From contig NW_021832644.1 in the NCBI RefSeq assembly GCF_006345805.1, positions 1-30,111 on the forward strand: a stretch of DNA of 30,111 bases, given 5' to 3'. Under the pieces are notes generated by a model, which was not told the origin of the DNA, ran no database searches, and saw only the letters and a program-made list of their open reading frames with translations. The stretch comes from Octopus sinensis (lineage: Eukaryota). Positions 11,040 through 22,228 of this stretch are shown piece after piece. Each line of letters starts with the position of its first letter. Within the stretch, counting starts at the first letter, position 1. The position numbers and the translations under genes were made by a program.

Positions 11040-11150
11040 CAAGTTTATAAAAAAAATTGTCAGCTCTAGAAATCCAGATTTGTGTGTTACCAGAATAAAC
11101 AAACTTGTAACTAGTTGGCAAAAGTGTATTGATTGTAATGTTACTTTGAG
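11040..11150 (+). mobile_element. Decayed mariner transposase C-terminal fragment
   Basis: KKIVSSRNPDLCVTRINKLVTSWQKCIDCN matches the conserved mariner C-terminus (..GINKL.SRWQKC.DCNG.YF). Confidence 0.75.
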
Positions 11151-11227
11151 CGGTTTAGGTCTTATTTCTAGCAATGTAGGTGTTTCCTAACACCCTAGTC
11201 GCATTTATGTCACATCTGTAATTTTTC

Positions 11228-11297
11228 TTTATGGTGCGACCCCGAAAGGATGAAAAGCAAAGTCGACCTCGGCGGAATTTGAACTCAGAACGTAACA
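11228..11297 (-). mobile_element. Family-A SINE fragment
   Basis: CGACCCCGAAAGGATGAAAAGCAAAGTCGACCTCGGCGGAATTTGAACTCAGAACGTAAC. Confidence 0.85.
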
Positions 11298-11334
11298 TAT
11301 AGATAGATAGATAAATATGCACACACAGAGAGAA

Positions 11335-11374
11335 ACATACACGCACAGACACACAGACACACACAAACACACAC

Positions 11375-11440
<66 letters not shown>

Positions 11441-11847
11441 TGCAAAGATTTCCATGGGCGTGTGTATAATACCTTTTTAACCCGCCTGTCAGACAGGAAT
11501 GTTTTCTTGCTACTCAAATTTGGCTAAGTAAACTTTGTAAATATTTTTATCTGGACATGACGTAACTGGCTCTCTGCTTAATTTTATATCCGGGTGACAT
11601 TTTTGTGTGCGCACATGTGCACCAGTACCGCTTTGTGTATATGTGTGTGTGTGTGAGTGAGAGAAAGAGTATGTGTGTGCGTGAGTAAGTGTGTGAGTGA
11701 GTGATTGAGTGAGTGAGTGAGTGAGTGAGTGAGTGAGTGAGTGAGTATGTATGTTAATGTGAACTAATGTGCCTAACTGCTGACCACCGTACAATAATGT
11801 GTGTGAAAATATGTATGTGAGTATGCATTGCATATACATACATCTTC

Positions 11848-11895
<48 letters not shown>

Positions 11896-12023
11896 TCACA
11901 CACATATATAAACATATATATACACACACACCACATATATATAATATAAATGATATATATATATATATATACATGCATATATGTATACATATATATATAC
12001 ATATATATACATGTATATATGTG

Positions 12024-12068
<45 letters not shown>

Positions 12069-12095
12069 TATATATACACGCACACATACATACAT
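11335..12095. repeat. (CA)n, (GAGT)n and (TA)n microsatellites with short unique spacers
   Basis: Seen directly. Confidence 0.9.
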
Positions 12096-12099
12096 ATAT

Positions 12100-12260
12100 G
12101 GGTACAGGACGTCACCAAACAGTAAACAACATGAAATACGAAAGTAAATGAGTTCAGTATACAAACAACGAGAGAAACAAATGGAAAACAGGACAAGTAA
12201 CATAAAGAACGACCCTTCGTCAGTTGTCCCTTGTCTATCTACTTCTCATTTTGAGCTTTA
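12100..12260 (-). mobile_element. Short T-rich-tailed repeat module with a partial hammerhead-like motif
   Basis: Minus strand GGACAA-CTGACGA-(20 nt)-TTGTCC at 12229-12191, then a ~90-nt T-rich tail running into TA/TG repeats. The GAAA element is absent. Confidence 0.4.
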
Positions 12261-12306
12261 CACACACACACACACTTCATTATACATTATGATATATACG
12301 ATATAT

Positions 12307-12480
12307 AAGGCGGTGAGCTGGCAGAATCTTTAGTACATCCGACAGAATACTTGGCGGTATTTCTTCTGGCTATTTTAATTCTGAGATGGAATTCCACCGA
12401 GATCGGCATAGCATTTCACCCCTTCGTGATCGATAAAATAAGTACCTGTTGAGCACTGGGGGGGGGGTCAATTGTCTTCG
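12307..12480 (+). mobile_element. Diverged family-A SINE
   Basis: AAGGCGGTGAGCTGGCAGAATC...TTTCACCCCTTCGTGATCGATAAAATAAGTACC. Confidence 0.8.
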
Positions 12481-12624
12481 TTTTCAACTCTGTCATCTCC
12501 CTCTAAATTTGATGAGACCACCTACCAAAATTTAAAGCCATACCATTAGATATACAATACGTTGTATGATACATGATATTTTAATTCAGTTGACTGAAAC
12601 AAGTAAAAGTGTATATATATATAT

Positions 12625-12671
<47 letters not shown>

Positions 12672-13054
12672 GAGGAAGAATAGACAGAGACAAAGAGAGA
12701 GAGGAAGTGAGTTTGGGAGGGAGGAAGAGACATCTTTGTGTCATATTCGATGTAAATACATCGTTGAAAGGCAAATTTACTGGGATATTCGTCCGGAGAT
12801 ATATCTTATAGATATGCTTTTCAATCTATATTGGATGGAGACTATCTATCGTCCTGCTGCTTCAGAAGTTAGTGTCGAGTTCTGCTGAATTTATTCACGA
12901 TAGGTGGAAGCTGCAGTATTCAAGCCTTTCTACAGATCAATAACAATATAAGTGCAAAAGATATCACTACAATCCGAGTTCGAATTCTACTTGCGGACAG
13001 ATTTTACCGAAAGCTTAAGATTTGAATCATGTGTCTTCATACATAACATATATG

Positions 13055-13056
13055 TG

Positions 13057-13088
<32 letters not shown>

Positions 13089-13250
13089 TGTATGTATGTA
13101 TGTATGTATGTATACATTAATGTATGTACGTATGTATGTACGCATGTATGCTTGTATGTACATATATATCTATGTATGCATGCACGCATGCATGTATATA
13201 CATGTGTGTATGCATGTGTGTGTGGGTGAGTGTATATGTTTATGTGACCG
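13055..13250. repeat. (TATG)n-based microsatellite
   Basis: Seen directly. Confidence 0.95.
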
Positions 13251-13267
13251 TACTTATGTAATGTGAA

Positions 13268-13593
13268 GGCGCATGACTCAGTGGTTAGATCGTCGAGCTT
13301 ACGATCGTGAGGTTGTGAGTTCGAATCATGGACCAGGCTGCGTGATGTGTTCTTGAGCAAGACACTTTATTTCACGTTGCTCCAGTTCACTCAGGTGTAG
13401 AAATGAGTTGCGACATCACAGGTGCATCGGCCCCTTTGCCTTTCACTTGGATAACACTGGTGGCATGGAGGTGGAGGCCGGTATGCATGGGTGACTGCTG
13501 GTCTTCCATAAACAACCTTGCCCGGACTTGTGCCTGGGAGGGTAACTTTCTAGGTGCAATCCCATGGTCTGTGTCATGACCGAAGGGGGTCTC
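13268..13593 (+). mobile_element. Full-length tRNA-derived CORE-like SINE, family D (OR2-like)
   Basis: tRNA-like head GGCGCATGACTCAGTGGTTAGA...GAGTTCGAATC, then GTGTTCTTGAGCAAGACACTT (CORE-like). Colinear with the copy at 15007-15334. The OR2/CORE name is from recollection. Confidence 0.85.
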
Positions 13594-13624
13594 AGCAGAC
13601 TTATCTAATGCCTGTGAGAACGTA

Positions 13625-13713
13625 TATTCTTTTATTCTTTTATTTGTTTCAGTCATTTGACTGCGGCCGTACTGGAGCACCGCCTTTTAGTCGAACAAAT
13701 CGACTCCAGGACT
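13625..13713 (-). mobile_element. Family-C SINE 3' end
   Basis: TTTGTTTCAGTCATTTGACTGCGGCC.TACTGGAGCACCGCC...GTCGAACAAATCGAC is the reverse complement of the family-C tail. Confidence 0.8.
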
Positions 13714-14099
13714 TTTTATTATATGCATGTATTTGTATAAGTGTGTATGTGTTTGAGTTTATTTCTTTGTGCGTGTGTATGTGTGTATGTGTGCATGTGT
13801 GTATGTGTGCATGATTGGCTCTGCGTTTATGCATGTATATGAGTGTTTGTGATTGCACGTGTGTGTATTTGTATGTATGAGGATCTGTGTGTGCGTGCGT
13901 TTCCGACTACATCTATGTTTGCGTATGTATTTGCCTATACATGTAGATATTTGTGCGTAGGTGCATGAAAGTGTGTGTGTCCTTGCACGTGGTAGCTTTC
14001 TATAAGATTCATTTATTTGTTTCTGTTCTAATGGAGTGAAGCGAGTTGTTATATAAAATACCTGGGGTGTTTTACACACCTATATGCACACCTACTTAC

Positions 14100-14105
14100 A
14101 TAGAA

Positions 14106-14137
<32 letters not shown>

Positions 14138-14308
14138 GAGCACACATTGCGTGTGTGTGTGTGTGTGTGTGTTGGGTAGGACAGTGTGAGACGAGAAGCA
14201 GACAAAGAGAGAATAAAAGAGAGACAAATAGCAACAGAGGTAGAAACAGAGAGAAAGAGAGAAAGGGCAGACAAGCAGACAGATACAGAGGGACAGTAAG
14301 AAGCATAC

Positions 14309-14345
<37 letters not shown>

Positions 14346-14820
14346 CGGAGAGAGAGTCAGATTAAGACAGAAAGAGAAAGAGAGAGGGAGAGAGGGAGAG
14401 AGATGTAAATATAACGGACAACAGGCGTAGAACAAGTAAAACACTTTTTTTCTTTTTGTAATTATCTTCTAACAATTATTTTACTAAACCTAATCAACGT
14501 TCAACTTTAAAAAATGCAAATATTGGATTTAACAAAAAAAAAGACTTTAATTGCTCAAATTATTTTTGTTCTTCGGTTAAGTATTACTAGATGTTGTTGC
14601 TGTTGTTGTTGTTGTGGTCGTTGTAAATAGTAGAAGCGGTGATCGCAATGGTCGTGGCGGCAGCGGCGGTGGCGTTGGCGGTGGTGGCGGTGGCGCTGGC
14701 GGTGGCGCTGGCGGTGGCGCTGGCGGTGGTTGTGTTTGTCATCATCTTTATCAGTCACCATTATTCTTATGTTATTTATTTATTTTTCATTTATTTATTT
14801 ATTTATTTATTTATTTCTAA
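14100..14820. repeat. (CA)n/(TG)n, GA-rich tract, (GTT)/(GGC)/(GGT) repeats and (TTTA)n
   Basis: Seen directly. Confidence 0.9.
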
Positions 14821-15006
14821 AATATAAAATGTTTTGTTTTTGGATTTCGTTTGCAAGATTCTTTATATGAGTTTGTGTGTTGAAGCATATTCTGTTGTGT
14901 CTGAGTGATTGTGTTAAACTATAAGGCGCAAAAAGAAAATGACTCTCCCCAGACACAATAGAATGTATTAAATTATACCAATCGAGGATAACTTGGTACA
15001 ATATAC

Positions 15007-15334
15007 CATGGCTCAGTGGTTAGAGCGTCGAGCTTACGATCGTGAGGTTGTGAGCTCGAATCCCAGACCGGGCTGCGTGTTGTGTTCTTGAGCAAGGCAC
15101 TTTATTTCACGTTGCTCCATTTCACTTAGCTGTAGAAATGAGTTGCGACGTCACTGGTGCCAAGCTGTATCGACCTTTGTCTTTCCCTTGGATAACACTG
15201 GTGGCGTAGAGAGGGGAGGCTGGTATGCATGGGCGACTGCTGGTCTTCCATAAACAACCTCGCCTGGACTTGTGTCTAGGAGGGTAACTTTCTAGGTGCA
15301 ATCCCATGGTCTGTGTCGTGACCGAAGGGGTCTC
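15007..15334 (+). mobile_element. Full-length family-D (CORE-like) SINE
   Basis: Colinear and highly similar to 13268-13593. Confidence 0.85.
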
Positions 15335-16799
15335 CGATGCTACTTGCTGTAGGTGCCTATATAGTCGCGAGCACACACACAGACACTCTCCCTTTCGATA
15401 GTTTAACCCTTGACTCTGTTGAACATCGAGAATGGGGCAGTACTGGACTTATATTTTCTATATCGATAACGAAAAGAGAGAAGACAAATTTGATGAGGAC
15501 AGGTAAGAACCTGGAGCAAAAATCGTTTCTAATATAGACAACCACGGTCACGAAATATTTGAAGAAGTGGTGATTATGTGAGTTTAGTCAGGTAGTGAGT
15601 TCGATGTAATCGACTCGTCCTCTCCCCACAAAATTACTGACTTTGAACACTGCAACGAATCAGCGTCCCGTTGAGAGGGAATTGGTGTGACCTCGTTCAC
15701 TTAAACACCATGGAAACCGAATAACCGGTCTCATGAGTCCGAGCATTCCAGAAAAAATAAATTTAATATATTTTTAGTGACAGGATTGGATCTCTTTACT
15801 CGTTTCCTTAACGCAATGCAGATGAAAATCAAGTGACTCGGCCAAGAGCCAAGATTTTGTCGGATCCCTCGGTCCATAATTATATTCCCATTCGCAATAG
15901 AATCGTTGAAAAATGCTGTAATGTTGATGTTGGCGTTAATGTTGCTCATTCTGCTGCTGCTGCTGCTGTTGTTGTTGTTGTTGTTGTTGTTAAGCAACAA
16001 GACGGGTTATGGTGATTAGGGGATGGTCTAGGGCTTAGGGGCGGGTGACCCCAGACCTTGGGAAAAAGATCTTTGGTCGCCTTGTTGTAGTCGAGGGCTC
16101 TTCGTTGACGCCCGACACCACTATAAGGTGACCCTCGAAGTCGCTAGAAATGGAAATCTTCAGGTCCAAACTCTTGGACGGCTTCTGCTGCTGCTGCAAA
16201 TGTTATTGTTGCTGCTGTTGTTTATGGCTCTGGGTCATCTTTCATTAACACACTAAAGATAAAAGATGTTCAACACGTGACTTTTCCGCCCTTTTCACGG
16301 ATTTTGAGTAACATTTCTCAACTTGTCCCACCTTTTCAAGATGGCACCCGTATAATTTGAGGAAGGTTTTCAATGTTTTTTCTAGCAAATAGAATGTGGG
16401 ACGATAAACAGTTTGACAGATATCTGTGTGTGCATTTTTATGTGAATGTTGTGTGTGCGTGTGTGTGCACGCGTGTGTATGTGTGGGTGTGTTTGTGTGT
16501 GTGTAATTTAAGGGAGGAAAGGAGAAGTTAAATCGATGTTACAATCGTTTTCGTTTAGATCGAACTGTTAATATGATCAAAATCCTTCGATCTGTTCAGA
16601 TTCTTTAAAAATATTTTTGTTTGTGATGTTATTTGTGAAGACATAATTTCTAAAAGAGTTTGTAAAATCTTTATTTTTAAGTCAAAGAAATAACCATGAC
16701 ATTTTTGCTTTGTTTTTAACCGAAATAGACATTCTTTGGCATAGATTTCATCTATTTTATTTAATTTATTCACACAATGTTTTCCCGTTTAAAAATCAG

Positions 16800-16815
16800 A
16801 TAGACAGATAGATAA

Positions 16816-16906
<91 letters not shown>

Positions 16907-17050
16907 TGAGGGAAGAGAATAGGGAGAGGGAGAAGGAGAGGATAAGGGGGGAGATGGGGAGAGGGAGAGAGGTGATGGAGAGAGAGGAGGGGAGAGTGAG
17001 AGATGATGGAGAGAGAAAGGGAGAGAGAGGAAGAAGAGGGAAGGAGAGGG
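16800..17050. repeat. (GATA)n followed by a GA-rich purine tract
   Basis: Seen directly. Confidence 0.95.
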
Positions 17051-17564
17051 ATAGTGGGTTATCGATTTCCAATGCCAAACACGTTCAACTTGTTGGACAT
17101 TGGTAGAATTTTATGCTCTTCGCTGACGATAGATTTTTCTCAGCAACCACGTGTGGATGAGGAATGAGGTTTAAACAGAACAAAACATTGACCGATAAGA
17201 ATGGTTTGGTTATATTTAGAAAGTGATAGAGTTCAATAACGATGTTATCTCTGAGAAGTTATAAATAATTATACAAGAACTAATCAGGAACGCGGCAGAG
17301 ATGGCTCGCTCAAGATACTCGTATTAAAGTACAAGGGCATGGCAGTGGGATGAATGAAACGTTTGGTAGATGAGTAACCATATCACTATAGTTTAGGTAA
17401 AGGGAATGTAACACAATGAATTACAGAGCGTGGAGCAGAATCAACGAGTCACTAAAGAACGACACTGAGGGGGAATAAAAAACAGGAAACATGGACAAAA
17501 TTTCAGAAAATGATTTTATCAAAGATTTCTTTGGTGAGTTACAATTTTTTATAATTTTGACACA

Positions 17565-17945
17565 AGACCAACATTTAGCTGTAACGTATTTTTTTCGATC
17601 CCGGGACGATGAAAGTCAACCTCAATGGAATTTGAACGCAGAAATTAAAGAGCCTGAGGAAATGCTGTCACACATTTTCTCCGGTCCATCGATTCTGCCA
17701 GCTTACCACCTTTTTTATTTATTTATTGGTGAATTATATTTTTTCTATTATAGGCACAATATCGTAAACTCTGGATGAGAAAGGAGTCGATTACATCGAC
17801 CCCAGCACTCAACTGGTACTCATTTTATCAACTCCGAAAGAATGAAAGGCAAAGTCGACCTGGGCGGAATTTGAACTCCGAATGTAAAGAGCCGAATGAA
17901 ATACTGCTAAGCATTTTGTCCGACCGCGCTAACGATTCCACCTTT
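17565..17945 (-). mobile_element. Two family-A SINE copies (17565-17710 and 17783-17945)
   Basis: Conserved ..GATGAAAG.CAA..TC.ACCT...GGAATTTGAAC block and a tRNA-like head in each. Confidence 0.8.
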
Positions 17946-18361
17946 TTTTGTGGGGTGTAAGGACAATATCGATAACAAGAAGTAGACGAAATCAAATATT
18001 ACCTTATTTTATTGCAGGTAACTGTGCTCTGGGTCGATAAAGAGTAAAAGAGTGAGTGGGTGAAATGTTGGAATTTGGCGGGGGACAAAGTTTATGTCAA
18101 GAGAGGTGAGCAGCCGAGGATTCTCAGGTCATTCACCTAGCAAATGCTGGAAATTACGGGAATAAACGGCTGAAGAGCCAAGAGCAAGTTGGAGGCTACA
18201 AAGAAAATATCTAAAGGCTTCTAGTTAAAAGATGACTTAGGGGTGAGCAAAATGCTACTTGGTCGGAAGCTGAAGCTTGATCAGCCTCTGTCGAGCCAAT
18301 GATTCCAGAATATAACACGGGAAATGTGTCCAAATATTGCAACCGAAGTTAATATCTTTTA

Positions 18362-18600
18362 TTTTTTTACCTGTCTTCAGTCATTGGATCGCGGCTCGTT
18401 TCAGTCAAGGGGCCCTCGCCTTGAAAAATTTAATCGAACAAATCTACTCCCAGAACCTACATATTCTTTTGAAGCCTGGTACCGATTCTATATCAGGCTT
18501 TCTTCTTGAGCCGCTATATTACGAAAACTTAAACAATTCAACACTGGCTGTCAAGCAGTGTAATGGCGGGGAACAAACACAAAGATACAGACACGCACAC
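18362..18600 (-). mobile_element. Family-C SINE 3' block
   Basis: TTCAGTCATTGGATCGCGGC...CGCCTTGAA...TCGAACAAATCTACTCCCAGAAC...CCTGGTACCGATTCTAT. Confidence 0.7.
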
Positions 18601-18979
18601 GCGCGCGCATGCGCACAGATATCTTTTGTCATTTACTTGAAACAAATAAAAGAAATAAAAGAAACAAGACAAACAATGTGAAATGTTCAGGCTTTGTTTT
18701 GACCTTATCAGCGAAGCATAACATGAACCTTGTAGTAATTACCTAAATATCGATGAATTAGCTACAATGAAAATCTACAAGATTATACGTTTATCGACGG
18801 CCAAAGAAAGAATTGTTTACAGATTAAATCATTCACAGTCGAATGAAAATGAAAACACGAAATGGGTTAAATACATTACTTACGTTCCAGCATTAACTAT
18901 CACAATTCACAGACAAAGCCTCAGATTCGATAAATATCATTTCTACTATAGGAACATGACCAACAATTTCGGGCAAGAG

Positions 18980-19146
18980 GTAGTTCGATTAAATCGACCC
19001 CAGTGTTCCACTGGTACTTATTCTATCGACCGCGAAAGGATGAAAGGCGAAGTTGACCTCCGTGCATTTGAACTCAGAACGTAAAGACAGATTAAATATC
19101 GCAAAGCATTTTGCCTGGTGTGCTAACGATTCTGCCAGCTCGCCGA
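18980..19146 (-). mobile_element. Family-A SINE
   Basis: ATCGACCCCAGTGTTCCACTGGTACTT...GAAAGGATGAAAGGCG...GCTAACGATTCTGCCAGCTCGCC. Confidence 0.9.
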
Positions 19147-19248
19147 TTTCCCCACGTTCGATAATAATAGTAATAATCCTCATTGATATGACTATCCCAA
19201 TCGATATAAACGTTTCTGTGAAGACCTACTAAAGACAGACGAAATACC

Positions 19249-19470
19249 TATTTCTTTACTACCCACATGGGGCTAAACACAAAGAGGACAGGCAAACGGA
19301 TTAAGTCAATTACATCGACCACAGTGTGTAACTGGTACTTATTTAATCGACCCCAAAAGGATGAAAGGCAAAGTCGACCTCGGCGGAATTTGAACTCAGA
19401 ACGTAACGGCAGACGAAATATTGCTAAGCTTTTCGCCCGGTGTGCTAATGATTCTGCCAGATCGCCGCCT
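19249..19470 (-). mobile_element. Full-length family-A SINE with LINE-like 3' tail
   Basis: Complete head, central block and tail ...GTGTTTAGCCCCATGTGGGTAGTAAAGAAATA. Confidence 0.9.
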
Positions 19471-20092
19471 TCAGATTAGACAAAGATAATAATACAATAA
19501 TGATAATAAAAACTGAATGAAGTAATCCAGGAAAAATGAATCAAGTTGAGATATGTTGGAACCAAGCGTCAGTCATATGACTTCGTTCAGAACACGTTCA
19601 GGCAAATTTCTTATATTTCATAACAGGAATTATCGTTTTAGTATTAGTCATTTATAGTTCCAATCCAGAAAATGTTTGGCTGGATTTAGAAACAGAATAA
19701 CGGCCAGTCAGTCGGTGGCTCGTGATGGAGTCTCTAATTCTGGCATTGGTTACTGCTGAGAATAATGAAGGTTTCCGGCAGATGAAGAGGTTTAAACAGT
19801 TCAGATTCAACTGTCTTGTAGCGAGTTGTCGTGGTTTTTGCTGTACAAATTATATTTTCTCTGGCTCTTTGGTCTGTTTCGCACGCAAACACATACACGA
19901 ACGTATGTACAGGCACACAAGCAAACATTCTTATATATATATATTTATATATATATTTATATATATATTTGTCCTCAACCAAATTCCAACATTTCACCCA
20001 CTCACTCTCTTGCGCTTTATTGACCCAGAGCACAGTTACCTGCAATAAAATAAGGTAATATTGATTTCGTCTACTTCTTGTTATCCAAACAT

Positions 20093-20184
<92 letters not shown>

Positions 20185-20219
20185 TATATTTATATATATA
20201 TTTTATATAATATTTATAT

Positions 20220-20460
20220 AGAAGGAGAATTCACAAAACAACAAAAGACGAATACAGGTGGTGTAGACAACAAACAGATGTATTAGTATAACGCTCGGGA
20301 ATTGAAAAAGTCTTTTACGTTTCGAGCCTACGCTCTTCCATAGAAAGGAACGCAGAAAGAAACAAGGAGGGGAAATAAAGAATGTGTAGTGGCTAGCAAT
20401 CTATCATGGCGAAGGCCGGAGAAAAGGGTCACACAGGAGAGCTAAGGCGACACACACATA
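20220..20460 (-). mobile_element. T-rich-tailed repeat module with a minimal hammerhead-like motif, ending in (TA)n
   Basis: Minus strand 20347-20312 reads CTTT-CTATGGA-A-GAGC-GTAG-GCTC-GAAA-CG-TA-AAAG. The tail runs ~90 nt to a long (TA)n at 20097-20220. Confidence 0.55.
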
Positions 20461-20805
20461 TGAATATATATATAAATTAATAAAAGAGAGAGGAAGAGAG
20501 AGAAAGAGAGTAGGTAGAAGGGTTAGAATAGAAGTGACAGGGTGAGAGAATTTACGACTGGTCAGCTGAGGGACCAGTCTAAGAACGGAAGAAAAAGAGG
20601 AACTGGCCGCTGGTCACATGACAGCAACAGGCAGAGGGGAACCAGTGACCAGTTCCTCTTTTTCTTTCATTGGTCAATAACTGATGAATAATTACGGATC
20701 TTATGTTTGTCTCCCGTTTGCTTTTACACTACGTTATGTCGCTTGTTTATACATTTTTTCATTTATCAAGTAATGGAACGCAACACACACCGAATTTGCA
20801 TATAC

Positions 20806-20942
20806 GTATGTATGTATGTTTGTATGTATGTATGTATGTATGTATGTATGTATGTATGTATGTATGTATGTATGTATGCATGCATGCATGTATGTATGTA
20901 TGTGTGTATGTATGTATGTATGTATGTATGTATGTATGTATG
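20806..20942. repeat. (TATG)n microsatellite
   Basis: Seen directly. Confidence 0.97.
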
Positions 20943-21274
20943 ATGAAATTTGAGGCCAGGAAAAGACAGGCGTGGTCTGTCACACACTGTGCAAACAAAA
21001 AGGTCATTGTCATTCACCTTCTCGATCGTAAGATTCTTCCTTAGATCAACTTTGAATGCAGTATATACCAAAAGGTTTGCAAATCCAACGGAGGCCTCAA
21101 AAGACATGTTAAGATCCAAAAAGATCAGAACTTATCTGCAGGTCTTGGTGATCCAAATCAGAGGTGCAATCTATATGGGTGTCTTTTCAGAACACACAGC
21201 AGATGCCATGATGGTGTAGGTACAGGAGGTGGTCAAGCTCTACGTAAGGGGTAGACAACCACCATGTATGTATG
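20943..21274 (+). mobile_element. 5'-truncated RTE-like LINE 3' end with decayed C2H2 zinc fingers and (ATGT)n tail
   Basis: Translation from 21051 gives FECSIYQKVCKSNGGLKRHVKIQ (C2H2 pattern with C->Y and H->Q) and a second CNLYGCLFRT finger start, with an in-frame stop upstream. A short 3'UTR ends GACAACCACC-ATGTATGTATG. The RTE assignment comes from recollection of C2H2-tailed RTE ORFs. Confidence 0.65.
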
Positions 21275-21729
21275 AATTAATGTAAGCAATTAGCCGCAAT
21301 AAAAAACCACAAAGGATAAAATTTAGTCGTCACTAATTCTGAGTGTAGGTGTTAAAAGCGTAGTTATTACTAGAAGTAAGAGTTAAAACTCTTATAGCTA
21401 CGTTGAAAGCACACGTATATATACTGACATGGTAGATAACTGTCCCATGAGCAAAGCCAGAACACTGGACCGCGGTTTTGTCCTGTAATTGAGACTCGTC
21501 AACAATATGACTCAATTACTTCGATGAAACAGATAAATTCCTCCGTCAGTAAATATATTCGCACATTTATGGCAGATTTGGCGATACGCCAATGTGTTGT
21601 GTATACTAAAAATTAATGTAAGCAGCTAGCTGAAATACGAAGGCCATATAGGAAAGGTTTAGTCATCACTAACTGTGACTGGGGGGGGCTAAAAGCAGCT
21701 ATTGCTAGAAAAAGACTTAAAACTCTTTG

Positions 21730-21737
21730 ATATATAT

Positions 21738-21779
<42 letters not shown>

Positions 21780-22095
21780 TATTATATATATATATATATA
21801 GATATATATATATATATATATATAAATTAAATAGAGATAAAACCACTATTAGGCAGATCAAACAATGAAAAAACATAACCCAAAGCATAAAAATTATTAA
21901 TTAAATAATATACAAAATATAAAATTTAAAAATTTAAATTATTTAAATTTAAAATTAAAATTATTAATTTATATTTATAATTTTTATAATTTTATTATTT
22001 TTTTAAAATATATATAACTTTCAAAAAGTATTAAAAAGTTTAATATAAGATAAAAGTATATATATATATACATGCATACATGCATACATACATAC

Positions 22096-22163
<68 letters not shown>

Positions 22164-22180
22164 GTGTGTGTGTGTGTGTA
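21730..22180. repeat. (TA)n, AT-rich low-complexity tail module and (TG)n
   Basis: Seen directly. 21826-21860 (GAGATAAAACCACTATT) resembles 23112-23130. Confidence 0.85.
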
Positions 22181-22228
22181 GGCACAGGCGTGGCAATGTG
22201 GTTAAGAAACTTGCTACCGAACCATGTA
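22181..22228 (+). mobile_element. Family-C SINE head fragment
   Basis: GGCACAGGCGTGGCAATGTGGTTAAGAAACTTGCTACCGAACCATGT resembles the 4773 head. Confidence 0.6.

Larger units (their letters stand above)
17971..20085. repeat. Inverted repeat pair of ~119 bp (17971-18089 and 19968-20085)
   Basis: Manual alignment gives 7 mismatches and 1 indel. Confidence 0.85.

Noticed and set aside
15440-15507. Apparent exon MGQYWTYIFYIDNEKREDKFDED with a CAG|GTAAGA donor
   Set aside because: The sequence aligns loosely with a decayed minus-strand family-A SINE central block.
18018-18105. Acceptor/donor-bounded segment inside the inverted-repeat arm
   Set aside because: Stop codons occur in all three frames and it lies in a repeated sequence.
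20676-20710. CTGATGA as another hammerhead core
   Set aside because: No stem II or GAAA follows, and a 7-mer alone is expected by chance.
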